Counted from the stretch's first letter, positions 20,436 to 31,046 are shown. The stretch is DNA of 64,000 bases from Patescibacteria group bacterium (GCA_041650915.1 JBAZKE010000002.1:16638-80637), one strand, 5' to 3'. Notes: generated by a model from the letters alone, not told the origin. Numbers and translations: made by a program.

Positions 20436-20906
20436 ATGAAAAAAGAACAACCGCCGCGAGCATTTAAAGTGTACGCCATCAAGAACGGTACGGTGATCGA
20501 CCACATCCCCGAGGGCAAAGCGCTCGAGCTCGTCGACCTCCTCAACCTCCGCAAGTGGAAAAAAATCGTAACCGTCGGCATTGGCTTCTCATCAAAAAAA
20601 TTCGGGAAGAAAGACATCATAAAGATCGAAAACAAGGAGCTCAACCCCGAAGAGGTCAATAAGGTAGCGATCATTGCGCCGACCGCGACGCTCAACATCA
20701 TCAGGAACTTTAAGCGCGTCAAGAAAGAGAAGCTCAAGATTCCGGAGACGATCGAGGGTATCCTGAAGTGCCCCAACCCGGCCTGCATTACCAACCATGA
20801 GCCGGTCGTAACAAAATTTTACCAAGAGAAAAATACATCACTCCATGTACGGTGCCGCTACTGTGAACGATACTTCAACCAGGACGAAATTGAAATAATT
20901 AAGTAA
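20436..20906 (+). CDS. pyrI: Aspartate carbamoyltransferase regulatory subunit
   Basis: The C-terminal zinc domain CPNPACITNHEPV...CRYCE. Confidence 0.9.
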   Translation: MKKEQPPRAFKVYAIKNGTVIDHIPEGKALELVDLLNLRKWKKIVTVGIGFSSKKFGKKDIIKIENKELNPEEVNKVAIIAPTATLNIIRNFKRVKKEKLKIPETIEGILKCPNPACITNHEPVVTKFYQEKNTSLHVRCRYCERYFNQDEIEIIK

Positions 20907-20911
20907 ACGGG

Positions 20912-21832
20912 ATGGACCTCTCGGCAAACATTGCAGGGCTCACGCTTAAAAATCCGACCATGCTCGCATCGGGCGTGCTCGGCGTATCAAGAGCGTCGCT
21001 CAAAAATGTCATCGGCCACGGCGCCGGGGCGTGCGTCATCAAATCAATCAGCCTCGAAGCGCGAGCCGGCCATAATGCGCCGAATATAATTACGTTTGAA
21101 GCTGGCGCGATAAACGCGGTCGGCTATTCAAACCCCGGCGTCGACGCCGCGAAAGAGGAATTTTCAAACCTCAAGGAGCTCGGCAGCCCTGTTGTCGCGA
21201 GCATCATCGGCAAGAATGCCGATGAGTTCGCCGAAATGGCAGAACGGTTCCTCTCAGACGAATTTGCCGCAGTGGAGGCGGTACTCTCTTGCCCGCACAC
21301 CCCGGGCTATGGGACGCTTGCCGGGCAGAACACGCCGGAGAACACTGAAAAAATCACGAAAGCAATCCGTAAAAAAACGGACCTCCCCGTTTTCATAAAA
21401 ATCTCGCCGGACTCAAATCCCATCGGGGAGGTTGCGAGAGCTGCGGAAGCCGGCGGTGCCGATGCGATCGTCGCGGTCAATACGATGGGTCCCGGCATGG
21501 TGGTCGATATACAAACTGGGCAGCCGATCCTCGATTTTAAAATGGGCGGCGTTTCCGGGCCTGCGCTCCACCCGATTGCTGTACGGTGCATCTACGATAT
21601 CCACAAGGCTACCAAGCTGCCGATCATCGGCTGCGGCGGCGTCACGTTCGGTAAGGATGCCATCGAAATGATGATGGTCGGCGCGAGTGCGATCCAAATC
21701 GGCACCGGCATCTACTACCGCGGCATTGATGTATTCAAAAAAGTTACGGATGAAATCGCGGAATTCATGCAGCGGAAAGGCTACAACAAGCTTGACGGCT
21801 TCATCGGCTTGACGCACAAGCTGGAGGAATAG
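20912..21832 (+). CDS. pyrD: Dihydroorotate dehydrogenase (class 1B) catalytic subunit
   Basis: TIM-barrel DHODH motifs (GLTLKNP, GGVTFGKDA) and it is paired with pyrK. Confidence 0.85.
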   Translation: MDLSANIAGLTLKNPTMLASGVLGVSRASLKNVIGHGAGACVIKSISLEARAGHNAPNIITFEAGAINAVGYSNPGVDAAKEEFSNLKELGSPVVASIIGKNADEFAEMAERFLSDEFAAVEAVLSCPHTPGYGTLAGQNTPENTEKITKAIRKKTDLPVFIKISPDSNPIGEVARAAEAGGADAIVAVNTMGPGMVVDIQTGQPILDFKMGGVSGPALHPIAVRCIYDIHKATKLPIIGCGGVTFGKDAIEMMMVGASAIQIGTGIYYRGIDVFKKVTDEIAEFMQRKGYNKLDGFIGLTHKLEE

Positions 21833-21834
21833 CT

Positions 21835-22662
21835 ATGGAAAATCCAATCGGAAAAATCGAGCAGCCCATCTCCCTTCCGATCAAGCGGATCGTGCGGGAA
21901 ACGGAACATATCAAAACCTTTTTCTTTAACCGAGAATTTGGGTCAAAGCCCGGCCAGTTCATGATCATGTGGATTCCACGGGTCAACGAAAAACCGTTTA
22001 GCATCGCGTACGATGAGAATGGCGAGCTGGGCTTAAGTATCGCGGTCGTAGGCCCATTCACCGAAAAACTATTTACATTCAAAGAGGGCGACCTCGTCGG
22101 CTTGCGCGGACCGTACGGATCATGGTTCAAGCTCAAGCCTGAATATAAGAAGGTCCTCATGGTAGGAGGCGGGTATGGCACGGCCCCGCTCGCAACGCTC
22201 GCACAACAGGCGGTCGCACAAGGAACGGTAGTCGACTTCTGCAGGGGAGCCCACTCAAAGAACCTCCTCCTGTTTGGAAAACGGCTCAATGAAATCGGCG
22301 TTAATAAAATCACCGCAACCCATGACGGGAGCGAAGGTACGCAAGGATCGGCGGTCAACCTCGCAAACGACCAAATAGACAAAGAACAGTACGATTGTGT
22401 ATACATCTGCGGCCCTGAACTCATGGAAAAGAAAATCGTCGTTCACTGCGCTGAAAAAAAGGTGCTCTGCCAGGTGAGCATTGAACGGCACATGAAATGC
22501 GGTTTTGGGCTGTGCGGCCAGTGCTGTATTGATGGCTCGGGAGAACGCATGTGCAAAGAAGGTCCTGTCACCACGGGCGAATACGCGCTCAAGCAGAAAG
22601 AGTTCGGCGCATATCACCGTTCAAAGAGCGGTTTACTCGAATACTTCCATGACGACCATTAA
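21835..22662 (+). CDS. pyrK: Dihydroorotate dehydrogenase electron-transfer subunit
   Basis: FAD/NAD-binding fold plus the C-terminal Cys cluster (CGFGLCGQCC). Confidence 0.8.
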   Translation: MENPIGKIEQPISLPIKRIVRETEHIKTFFFNREFGSKPGQFMIMWIPRVNEKPFSIAYDENGELGLSIAVVGPFTEKLFTFKEGDLVGLRGPYGSWFKLKPEYKKVLMVGGGYGTAPLATLAQQAVAQGTVVDFCRGAHSKNLLLFGKRLNEIGVNKITATHDGSEGTQGSAVNLANDQIDKEQYDCVYICGPELMEKKIVVHCAEKKVLCQVSIERHMKCGFGLCGQCCIDGSGERMCKEGPVTTGEYALKQKEFGAYHRSKSGLLEYFHDDH

Positions 22663-23941
22663 AAACTGTCGGCTGGCAGCCGGCAACGTTACCGACATCC
22701 AAATCGAGCAAGGCGTCATCGTAAAAATCGGCAGGCCGCTCTCAGGCGGAGATGAAATTGACACGCGGCACGGCACGGTTCTTCCAGGCGTTATTGATGC
22801 TCACGTGCACTTTAGGGAACCGGGCGGCGAGCATAAGGAAGACTGGGCAACGGGATCGGCCGCTGCAGCATCCGGTGGCGTGACCACCGTGCTCGACATG
22901 CCAAACACGAATCCCCCCACGGTCGACGAACCGTCGCTCGCCATAAAACGCGAACGGGCGCAGCAAAGCCTCGTCAACTACGGTTTCTTCCTCGGCGCAA
23001 CAACAAAAAATAGCGAAGCGATAAAAACGGTGCGCGATGTCGCAGGCGTCAAAATATACGTCGGCTCGTCGACTGGCAACTTACTCGTATCAGAAGACGA
23101 TGATATTGAAAAACTCTTCGCGATTCCCTCGATCCAATGGGTCATCCATGCGGAAGATGAAAGCAGAATCCGAGAAAACAGCAGGCAAATCGGCAGGTCC
23201 GAAGATCCCGCAGCGCATTCCCAGATACGAGACCCCCAAACCGCGGTTGAAGCGGTACGGAGGGTCATTGCCCTCGCGAGAAAAACGAATGCCCGCATAC
23301 ACATCTGCCACGTCAGTACGAAGGAAGAACTCTCGTTCATCGATGCGGCACGGCATGAGGGCGTAGCGATCACGTGCGAGGTAAGCCCGCATCACCTGTT
23401 CCTCAATGAAGCTGCCTACCGAATGCAGTTTACGTTCGTAAAGGTAAATCCTCCCATCCGTACCGCGGAAGATAACGCCGCGCTCATACAGGGGCTCGCG
23501 GCGGGAACCATCGATATCGTCGCCACGGACCACGCTCCGCACACGCGCGAAGAAAAAAATCAGCACCCGATCGATGCACCCTCGGGTATGCCTGAAGTCG
23601 AAACCTCGCTGCCGCTGCTCCTCAACCTCGTGAACCACGGGGGGCTCACGCTCGAACGCCTCCAACAGATCACGGCCGAACGCCCGGCAGAACTCTTCAG
23701 GCTCAGAGGCAAAGGGAGGATTGCGGTAGGATACGATGCGGACATCACCGTTGTCGACATGCAGAAAAAGCAACGCGTCAGCAAAAACATGATACGGTCA
23801 AAGTGCGGCTGGTCTCCCTACGAGGGGCAAATGCTCACCGGGTGGCCGGTGATGACGATGGTGAATGGCAATGTTGTATATAGCAATGGAACTCTTAACG
23901 ACCGATTCAAAGGAAAGGAAGTAATGTATGGAAAAGTATAA
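22649..23941 (+). CDS. pyrC: Dihydroorotase
   Basis: LPGVIDAHVHFREPG and the DHAPH motifs. ATG at 22649 is in frame (MTTIKNCRL). Confidence 0.85.
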   Translation: MTTIKNCRLAAGNVTDIQIEQGVIVKIGRPLSGGDEIDTRHGTVLPGVIDAHVHFREPGGEHKEDWATGSAAAASGGVTTVLDMPNTNPPTVDEPSLAIKRERAQQSLVNYGFFLGATTKNSEAIKTVRDVAGVKIYVGSSTGNLLVSEDDDIEKLFAIPSIQWVIHAEDESRIRENSRQIGRSEDPAAHSQIRDPQTAVEAVRRVIALARKTNARIHICHVSTKEELSFIDAARHEGVAITCEVSPHHLFLNEAAYRMQFTFVKVNPPIRTAEDNAALIQGLAAGTIDIVATDHAPHTREEKNQHPIDAPSGMPEVETSLPLLLNLVNHGGLTLERLQQITAERPAELFRLRGKGRIAVGYDADITVVDMQKKQRVSKNMIRSKCGWSPYEGQMLTGWPVMTMVNGNVVYSNGTLNDRFKGKEVMYGKV

Positions 23942-24599
23942 GAAAAAATTTATCGAGTTTCTCGCCACGTCAGGCGCATTGCAGTTTGGCGAATTCACCC
24001 TGAAGAGCGGCCGGCTCTCACCCTACTTTATAAACACCGGCTTATTCGAAACAGGCGAACAAATCGCAACCCTCGGCAGGTACTACGCAGAAGCCATCGA
24101 GGATGCGTACGGGGATCAGTTTGATTTCATCTATGGCCCGGCGTACAAGGGAATTCCGCTCGCCGTAACGACCGCCGCCGCGCTCGCGAATGGGCAACAC
24201 ATCAACCGGGCGTACACGTTTAACCGCAAGGAGATAAAGGACCACGGCGAAAAAAAAGCGTTCGTCGGCCACACGCCGAAAGACGGCGAGCGCGTCGTCA
24301 TCATTGACGATGTCATCACGGACGGCGGCGCGCTCGTAGAAACGGTCGAGCTCCTCAGGAGCCTCGCTGATCTGAAGTATGTTGGCGTGATCCTCTCGGT
24401 CAACCGGCAGGAAAAAACGAAAGAGGGCAAGAATGCCGTAAAAAATTTTGAAAAAGAGTATGCGGTGCCGATTCACTTCATCGTCACGGTTAGCGAGATT
24501 ATGAAGCACCTCCACGGAAAAAAAATTAACGGCACCATTCTGCTCGACGATATGATGCATAAAAAAATTAAAGAGTACCTGAAGGAGTATGGCGTATAA
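23928..24599 (+). CDS. pyrE: Orotate phosphoribosyltransferase
   Basis: [15 protein letters not shown] and the PRPP loop [12 protein letters not shown]. Confidence 0.85.
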   Translation: MEKYKKKFIEFLATSGALQFGEFTLKSGRLSPYFINTGLFETGEQIATLGRYYAEAIEDAYGDQFDFIYGPAYKGIPLAVTTAAALANGQHINRAYTFNRKEIKDHGEKKAFVGHTPKDGERVVIIDDVITDGGALVETVELLRSLADLKYVGVILSVNRQEKTKEGKNAVKNFEKEYAVPIHFIVTVSEIMKHLHGKKINGTILLDDMMHKKIKEYLKEYGV

Positions 24600-25458
24600 T
24601 ATGGATTACCTGCAGGAACGGAACAAAAAAACATACGCCGAGCGTGCGGCGCAAACGACGAACGAAATCGCGAAAAAACTGCTGACGCTCATGGATGAGA
24701 AGCAGACAAACCTCTGTTTCGCCGACGATGAGACCGACCCGGATAGGATGCTCGAGCAAGCTGACAGTGCCGGACCGGATATCGCGGTGCTGAAGACGCA
24801 CATCGACGCGGTCGAAGACTTCACTCCAAAAATTACTCAACAGCTTCAGGCGCTCAGTAAAAAACACGACTTTCTCATTTTTGAGGACCGCAAATTTGCC
24901 GATATCGGCAATACGGTCAAGCTGCAGTACGGAAAAGGCATATATAAAATCGCTGCGTGGTCGGACATCACAAATGCCCATATCGTGCCGGGTCCGGGGG
25001 TAATTGAGGGATTGAAAACTGTCGCGGTAAAGGCGGGCAAACCCCGTGGACTCATACTGCTTGCCCAAATGAGTTCAAAAGGCAATCTGGCAACCGATGA
25101 GTATACAAAAAAAGCCGTGGCAATGGCGGAACAATATCCGGACTTCGTGTTCGGCTTTATCGGTAACGGCGGGAACGTTGAAGAGCTTAGGAAGCTCGTA
25201 GCCTTAGCAGAACCGTCATTCGTTATCATGGCCCCTGGCGTCCAGCTCGGCGGCGGCGGGGATGCGCTCAAACAGCAGTACACCACGCCGGCTGATGTCA
25301 TCGCAGCCGGCGCTGACGTGATCATCGTCGGCCGCGGCATTTACGGCGCTCCAGACCCGCTGGAGGCGGCGAAACAATACCGTGCCGCCGGCTGGAATGC
25401 CTACCAAAAACGTAGTTCAAAAACCCAACCACGCTTGTCATTGCGAGCCCGACCCTGA
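24589..25458 (+). CDS. pyrF: Orotidine 5'-phosphate decarboxylase (long, eukaryote-like type)
   Basis: The [13 protein letters not shown] and KTHID motifs. Confidence 0.8.
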   Translation: MAYNMDYLQERNKKTYAERAAQTTNEIAKKLLTLMDEKQTNLCFADDETDPDRMLEQADSAGPDIAVLKTHIDAVEDFTPKITQQLQALSKKHDFLIFEDRKFADIGNTVKLQYGKGIYKIAAWSDITNAHIVPGPGVIEGLKTVAVKAGKPRGLILLAQMSSKGNLATDEYTKKAVAMAEQYPDFVFGFIGNGGNVEELRKLVALAEPSFVIMAPGVQLGGGGDALKQQYTTPADVIAAGADVIIVGRGIYGAPDPLEAAKQYRAAGWNAYQKRSSKTQPRLSLRARP

Positions 25459-25568
25459 GCGAAGTCGAAGGGGGAGGGCGTGGCAATCCCAGAGATTGCT
25501 TCGCATCCGCTCGCAATGACAAACGTATAACGAATACATGTCTAACAACCATAAACTATAAACCAACT

Positions 25569-26504
25569 ATGAAACATTGCCTCCACCTCAAAGACTGGCA
25601 AGCCAATGAAATCCGCGCTGTCATTGAACGTGCCATCGAAATCAAAAAAAAACCCGCGGACTACGCTGACGTGCTGAAAAATAAGACGCTCATCATGCTG
25701 TTCCAAAAAGGGTCAACGCGCACCCGGCTCTCGTTCGAAGCGGGAATGACACAGCTTGGAGGGCACGCGATTTTTCTGGACCAAAAGACGACCCAGTTTG
25801 CCCTGACTGACTACCGGGATGAGATCAGGGCGGTCATGCGGTTTGGGCAGATCATGATGTTTCGTGCCAAGGAGTACAAGAATGTAGAAACGGCAGCGTC
25901 GTTCAACCAAATTCCCGTAATTGATGCCTGCTCAGAAAAGTACCATCCGTGCCAAGCTCTCGGCGATCTATTAACAATGGCTGAACACTCCGGCGGGCTG
26001 GATAAAATAAAGAAAGTGGTTTGGCTCGGAATTGAAAATAACGTTTGCAACACACTAAAACTCGCCTGTACAAAGCTCGGCATTGATTTTTACCTCGTAT
26101 CCCCAAAAGTCCACGAGATAAGCATTGACAAAGAGCTCAATACAATGGCAGATGCAACCGGACACGTACACAAAACTCTGGATTTAAAAGAAGCCATAAC
26201 GGGAGCCAACTATGTGCACACTGATACCTGGATGGATATGGAATTTTTTACGGACGGTAAAGTACTGCCGGGACACAAAGCAGAGTACGACAGACGCATC
26301 GAGCTTTTCAAGCCCTACCAGCTGAATGCCGCACTGCTTGAAAAATACAACCCTGATGTAAAAATCATGCACTGCATGCCCTGCCATGTGGGGTATGAAA
26401 TAACGTCCGATGCCATCAACCATCCGAATTCAGTCATCTTCGACCAAGCAGAGAACCGCATGCACATACAGAAGACGATAATGCTGCACCTGCTCGGGCT
26501 GTAG
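25569..26504 (+). CDS. Transcarbamylase of the ornithine carbamoyltransferase family, with a non-canonical ornithine-binding loop
   Basis: STRTR, HPCQ, HCMP and the OTC-like C-terminus FDQAENRMH. The SMG loop (DxWxSMG) is replaced by DTWMDME. Confidence 0.7.
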   Translation: MKHCLHLKDWQANEIRAVIERAIEIKKKPADYADVLKNKTLIMLFQKGSTRTRLSFEAGMTQLGGHAIFLDQKTTQFALTDYRDEIRAVMRFGQIMMFRAKEYKNVETAASFNQIPVIDACSEKYHPCQALGDLLTMAEHSGGLDKIKKVVWLGIENNVCNTLKLACTKLGIDFYLVSPKVHEISIDKELNTMADATGHVHKTLDLKEAITGANYVHTDTWMDMEFFTDGKVLPGHKAEYDRRIELFKPYQLNAALLEKYNPDVKIMHCMPCHVGYEITSDAINHPNSVIFDQAENRMHIQKTIMLHLLGL

Positions 26505-26662
26505 ATTGCGATACATTCAGGAGTGAGGCTGCGCTCGGCACAGGCAAATTTTCTTTTGAACGCTCAGCCGTACAAATTTACATTTGAAAAAACCGCCTGT
26601 CTGTGCTATACTTGGCCTGATAAGAGGGCAGATGCTCCTCTTACTAGTTTTTACAGCAAGGT

Positions 26663-29338
26663 ATGTATCTCCAAAAACTCACGATTCAGGGATTTAAATC
26701 ATTCGCCAATAAAACATCGCTCGAGTTCACGCCCGGCGTAACGTCAATCGTCGGCCCCAACGGCTCTGGCAAATCCAACATCGCCGACTCTGTTCGGTGG
26801 GTTTTGGGTGAACAGAGCCTCAAGACGCTCCGCGGTAAAAAGTCCGAGGACGTTATTTTTGCTGGCTCGGACAAGAAAACTCGCCTCGGATTCTGCCAGG
26901 TCGACCTCCACCTCAATAACGAAGACCACAAGGCGCCAATCGACTTCAATGAGATCGTCATCTCGAGAAAAGTGTACCGGGACGGGAACGGCGAGTACTT
27001 CATCAATAAAACTAAGGTCCGGCTGCAGGACATTCTCATGCTCCTCGCCAAGTCCAATTTCGGCCAGCGATCGTACAGTATCATCAGCCAGGGAACCGTT
27101 GACCTATTCCTCGCCGCGACGCCCGCACAGCGAAAAGAGTACTTCGATGAGGCGGCTGGCGTACGGCAGTTCCAGATCAAGAAAGAACAAGCCCAAAACA
27201 AGCTCAATCAGACGCGTGAAAATCTCCGGCAGGCAGAGCTCCTCATACAGGAAATTGAGCCACGCCTCCGGTCACTGACGAGGCAGGTGCACCGGCTCGA
27301 ACGGCGCGAGGAGGTGGCCGGAGAGCTCAAAAAAATCCAGCACGAGTACTACGGAGGAATATGGTACGATTTCAAGCAAAAATTCGATATCGCAAATGAA
27401 AAACGCACAGCAACCGAAAATAAAAAACAGGCGGCAGACGATGAGCTAAAGAAACTGCAGCAAGAAATGCAGCAGCTCGCGCTCGGTTCCTCGCGTCAAG
27501 ATGAATTCAACAAACTGCAGCGCGAGTACGACCGGATAGTCGCAGAGAAGAATGGGCTGCTCCGGGACCAGGCGGTGCTCCGGGGAAGAAAACAAACTGA
27601 ACACGAGCAGCGGGGCGAATTCGACCTCTCATGGCTCGAACAGAAGCGAGATCAGCTGCACGCCGACCTTAAAGAAACACAGGGGCTCCTGAAGCAGAAT
27701 GAGCAGGACATGGAAAGATACGATGCGGCATTCAAACAAAAGGAGGCAGAGCTCGGAACGCTCACGAAAGAAAATGCCGATCTGGCCGTTCAGCTCGAGC
27801 GTGAGAAAGCGAAGCTACGAAATAAAAAAACAATCGCACTGCCCGAAATTTCAGAGAATGTTGCGCGGATCTACGCCCGCCAAAAAAAACTGCTGGAAAA
27901 AATCGATGCCGTGCAGAACCCCGAGGAACTGCGCGGACTGAAGGCGGACGCACGGACCGTTACGACAGAACTTGCACAGCTCAACCATACGCTCAGTAAT
28001 GCCGGCGCAGGTAACCCGGTTGCAATTATTTCACTCCAGGAAAAAATTACCTTGCTCCTCAGTTCCAAGGGCACGCTGCTCACGGCGATCAGCGAGCTCT
28101 CGATCAAGGCCCAGGTTGCCCGCGAGCGGGTCATGCATTCAGAAACAAAAATTACCGAACTCGACGGGGAGCTCAAAAAAATTTCAGGCGACCTCCAGCG
28201 CCTCGGGTCCCGCACGGCAGTCCTTGGCAGCGGCCTCGTTAAAGAAGAAGAGGGACTCAACCGCAAACTCAAGGAAACAGAAAAAAACCTTAGCGATATC
28301 AACGGGCAGCTTTCCAAATTCAACGAAGCCGAGCAGAAAAAAAAGGAGGGAGTTTTCAGGCTTCAACACACATACTCCCAGAAACAGGAGCAGCTTAACG
28401 CGATTAACGCTGAGCTCAACGGCCTTAACGTGGAAATCGCAAAGATTGAAACGAAACAGGAAGATACCGAACGTGAGATGGTCGATGAACTCAGCGACGA
28501 AGAGCGCCAAAAAATCTACGAGCTCACCAAACCGCCGGCACCCCGCCCTGAACTCTTTTCAGATATCCAGAAGCTCAAGCACCAGCTCGAACTCATCGGC
28601 GGCATTGATCCGCAGGTTAGTCACGAATATTCCGAAACAAAGGAACGGTATGACTTCCTGACCAAACAGAGCGAGGATCTCATTAAAGCAATGAGTGATC
28701 TCGAAGAGGCGATTGCCAACCTCGATGAAACGATCAAAAAACAGTTCAGCAAGTCTTTTGAGCAGATCGGAAAACACTTTGCGGAATATTTTAAAATTTT
28801 ATTCAACGGCGGCAATGCGTCCCTGAGCCTCGTTAAAGAAGAGGTTAAGCTTCCGGATGACGACGCGGAAGACGGGGATGAAGATGTGGATGACGACGCG
28901 GAAGACGGGGATGAAGATAGACAGCCACGGGAAGAGGAGGAAAAGTCGCGTCCCGCGCTAAAAGCCGAGAAGGTAGTGACCGGCATTGAAGTGTACGCTA
29001 CCCCTCCGGGGAAGCGGCTCAAGGGCATCAGCATGCTCTCAGGCGGTGAGCGGGCACTGACCTCAATTGCGCTCATTTGCGCAATCATCCAGAATAATCC
29101 GTCACCGTTCGTCATACTCGATGAGGTTGACGCTGCGCTCGACGAATCAAATTCTATACGCTTCGCCTCAATCATCGACCGGCTCTCAAAACGCTCCCAG
29201 TTTATCGTCATCACCCACAACCGCGCTACCATGGAACAGTCCCATACCCTCTACGGGGTAACGATGGGGGATGACGGCGTATCGAAGCTCCTCTCGATTA
29301 ATATGCAGGAGGCCGAAAAAGTGATTAAAAATGGCTAG
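26663..29338 (+). CDS. smc: SMC-like chromosome segregation ATPase (short, 891 aa)
   Basis: N-terminal Walker A (QGFKSFA...GPNGSGKSN), long coiled-coils and a C-terminal signature/Walker B head (LSGGERALTSIAL...ILDEVDAALD). I see no obvious hinge motif. Confidence 0.75.
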   Translation: MYLQKLTIQGFKSFANKTSLEFTPGVTSIVGPNGSGKSNIADSVRWVLGEQSLKTLRGKKSEDVIFAGSDKKTRLGFCQVDLHLNNEDHKAPIDFNEIVISRKVYRDGNGEYFINKTKVRLQDILMLLAKSNFGQRSYSIISQGTVDLFLAATPAQRKEYFDEAAGVRQFQIKKEQAQNKLNQTRENLRQAELLIQEIEPRLRSLTRQVHRLERREEVAGELKKIQHEYYGGIWYDFKQKFDIANEKRTATENKKQAADDELKKLQQEMQQLALGSSRQDEFNKLQREYDRIVAEKNGLLRDQAVLRGRKQTEHEQRGEFDLSWLEQKRDQLHADLKETQGLLKQNEQDMERYDAAFKQKEAELGTLTKENADLAVQLEREKAKLRNKKTIALPEISENVARIYARQKKLLEKIDAVQNPEELRGLKADARTVTTELAQLNHTLSNAGAGNPVAIISLQEKITLLLSSKGTLLTAISELSIKAQVARERVMHSETKITELDGELKKISGDLQRLGSRTAVLGSGLVKEEEGLNRKLKETEKNLSDINGQLSKFNEAEQKKKEGVFRLQHTYSQKQEQLNAINAELNGLNVEIAKIETKQEDTEREMVDELSDEERQKIYELTKPPAPRPELFSDIQKLKHQLELIGGIDPQVSHEYSETKERYDFLTKQSEDLIKAMSDLEEAIANLDETIKKQFSKSFEQIGKHFAEYFKILFNGGNASLSLVKEEVKLPDDDAEDGDEDVDDDAEDGDEDRQPREEEEKSRPALKAEKVVTGIEVYATPPGKRLKGISMLSGGERALTSIALICAIIQNNPSPFVILDEVDAALDESNSIRFASIIDRLSKRSQFIVITHNRATMEQSHTLYGVTMGDDGVSKLLSINMQEAEKVIKNG
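28856..28918 (+). repeat. Perfect 30-nt tandem duplication (33-nt period) inside smc, encoding DDDAEDGDED x2
   Basis: GATGACGACGCGGAAGACGGGGATGAAGAT appears twice, separated by GTG. Confidence 0.75.
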
Positions 29339-29391
29339 TGCCATCTTTTAATCGGTCTGACTGATTTTAGAATCTCTACCATCAAAAAAAG

Positions 29392-29420
29392 TTGACAACA
29401 TTTACGCAATAACGTATCAT
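29392..29420 (+). promoter_or_regulatory. Putative rpsP promoter
   Basis: TTGACA-17-TATCAT, 10 nt upstream of the rpsP start. Confidence 0.45.
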
Positions 29421-29430
29421 ACACAGCACT

Positions 29431-29868
29431 ATGCTAGTAATACGACTATCACGAGTAGGCAAGAAAAAACACCCGACGTACCGAGTTGTCGTATCCGAAA
29501 AAACCAAGGATACGGTCGGCAATTACCTCGAGCTGCTCGGAAACTACGATCCGCACGAAAACAAGGCGGAGCTTAAGAGTGACCGCATCAAGCACTGGAT
29601 CAGCAAGGGGGCAAAACCCTCTGGAGTCGTGCATAACCTCCTTATCGATCAAAAAATAATTGAAGGCGAAAAGCTTGCAGTCGCACACATCAAAAAGAAA
29701 AAGGGGGATGCGTCGGGCGGGCAGGAAGCAGCCGGAAAACCGGCAGAAGGTGCACAATCCGTATCAGCGCCTGCTGAACAATCCAAGGCAGAGCCGGCAC
29801 CAGCGCCGCAACCTGAAAAAAAAGTTGAAGAAAAGAAGACAGAACAGCCTGCAGAAAAAAAGGAATGA
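29431..29868 (+). CDS. rpsP: 30S ribosomal protein S16 with a Lys/Ala/Glu-rich C-terminal extension
   Basis: MLVIRLSRVGKKKHPTYRVVV... Confidence 0.85.
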   Translation: MLVIRLSRVGKKKHPTYRVVVSEKTKDTVGNYLELLGNYDPHENKAELKSDRIKHWISKGAKPSGVVHNLLIDQKIIEGEKLAVAHIKKKKGDASGGQEAAGKPAEGAQSVSAPAEQSKAEPAPAPQPEKKVEEKKTEQPAEKKE

Positions 29869-29985
29869 ATTGACAGGGGAATACTCCCCTGGTACGCTGA
29901 AAGAAGACGGGATAGGAATGCCGTCCAGTCTGAATCATAGGTCGACAGTACTGGTACATTAATTGATAAATACTGGCAAACAACT

Positions 29986-30324
29986 ATGGCAAAATCGGAA
30001 ATGGATCAGGAGTTTGTCGAGAATGTGGTCAAGGCTCTCGTAGACCAGCCGGAAGACGTTTCAACGGACCGGTCAGTCGATGAGATGGGAGTTCTCATTA
30101 CCCTCAAGGTAAATCCCCAGGACCTCGGCCAGGTAATCGGCCGCCAGGGCCAGACAGCCAAGGCGATCAGGACTCTCCTCCGAGTCGTCGGTGCAAAGAA
30201 CCACGCTCGCGTAAACCTGAAAATCCACGAGCCGGAAGGCTTCCGTAAGGGAGGCCCGAAAGCACCCCGACAAGAGCGGGTAGAAGAAGCTGACACATCA
30301 GCTGTAGACGACCTGAAAATATAA
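29986..30324 (+). CDS. KH-domain RNA-binding protein (YlqC/UPF0109 family)
   Basis: The GxxG KH motif (VIGRQGQTAKAIRTL) and the conserved position between rpsP and trmD. Confidence 0.7.
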   Translation: MAKSEMDQEFVENVVKALVDQPEDVSTDRSVDEMGVLITLKVNPQDLGQVIGRQGQTAKAIRTLLRVVGAKNHARVNLKIHEPEGFRKGGPKAPRQERVEEADTSAVDDLKI

Positions 30325-30392
30325 ACGATAACTTTTCAAAAAGCGGAAACCGCGCGGTACAAAAATCGGGCGGTTTTTGCTATGATGAAGCT

Positions 30393-31046
30393 ATGCTACA
30401 GATTGAAATCCTCACAATCTTTCCGGGCATATTCAACTCTTACTTTACGGAGAGCATCCTCAAGCGTGCCCAAAAAAAGAAGGTAGTTAAAATCACTATT
30501 CATGACTTCCGCCGATTCGCTACGGACAAGCACACAACGGTTGACGACCGCCCGTACGGCGGCGGTCCGGGCATGGTGCTCAAGGTTGAACCGATCTACC
30601 GCTGTCTCCGTTCGATACCTAAAAAAAAGAAATCGCGGGTGATACTGCTCACGCCGAAAGGGAAAACGTTCAGCCAGAAAAAGGCTCAAACGCTTGCCAC
30701 ATACAACCAACTGATCCTGATTGCCGGGCACTACGAGGGTTTCGATGAACGGATCAGAAAGTATGCTGACGAAGAACTCTCGATCGGTAACTACGTCCTG
30801 ACCGGTGGCGAGGCGGCGGCAATAGTTGTCGTTGACGCGATTACGAGGCTGCTGCCCGGCGCGCTCGGCGATGATTTATCGCCAATGGATGAGACATTTT
30901 CAAAAAATCCCCGCTACGTCGAATACCCGCACTATACGCGGCCGGAAAACTTCAAAGGTAAAAAAGTGCCAGCCGTATTACTATCCGGTAACCATAAAAA
31001 AATCAGAGCATGGAGGGATAAAATGGGGAAAACTCACCCATATTGA
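30393..31046 (+). CDS. trmD: tRNA (guanine37-N1)-methyltransferase
   Basis: ILTIFPG, DDRPYGGGPGMV and SIGNYVLTGGE. Confidence 0.9.
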   Translation: MLQIEILTIFPGIFNSYFTESILKRAQKKKVVKITIHDFRRFATDKHTTVDDRPYGGGPGMVLKVEPIYRCLRSIPKKKKSRVILLTPKGKTFSQKKAQTLATYNQLILIAGHYEGFDERIRKYADEELSIGNYVLTGGEAAAIVVVDAITRLLPGALGDDLSPMDETFSKNPRYVEYPHYTRPENFKGKKVPAVLLSGNHKKIRAWRDKMGKTHPY

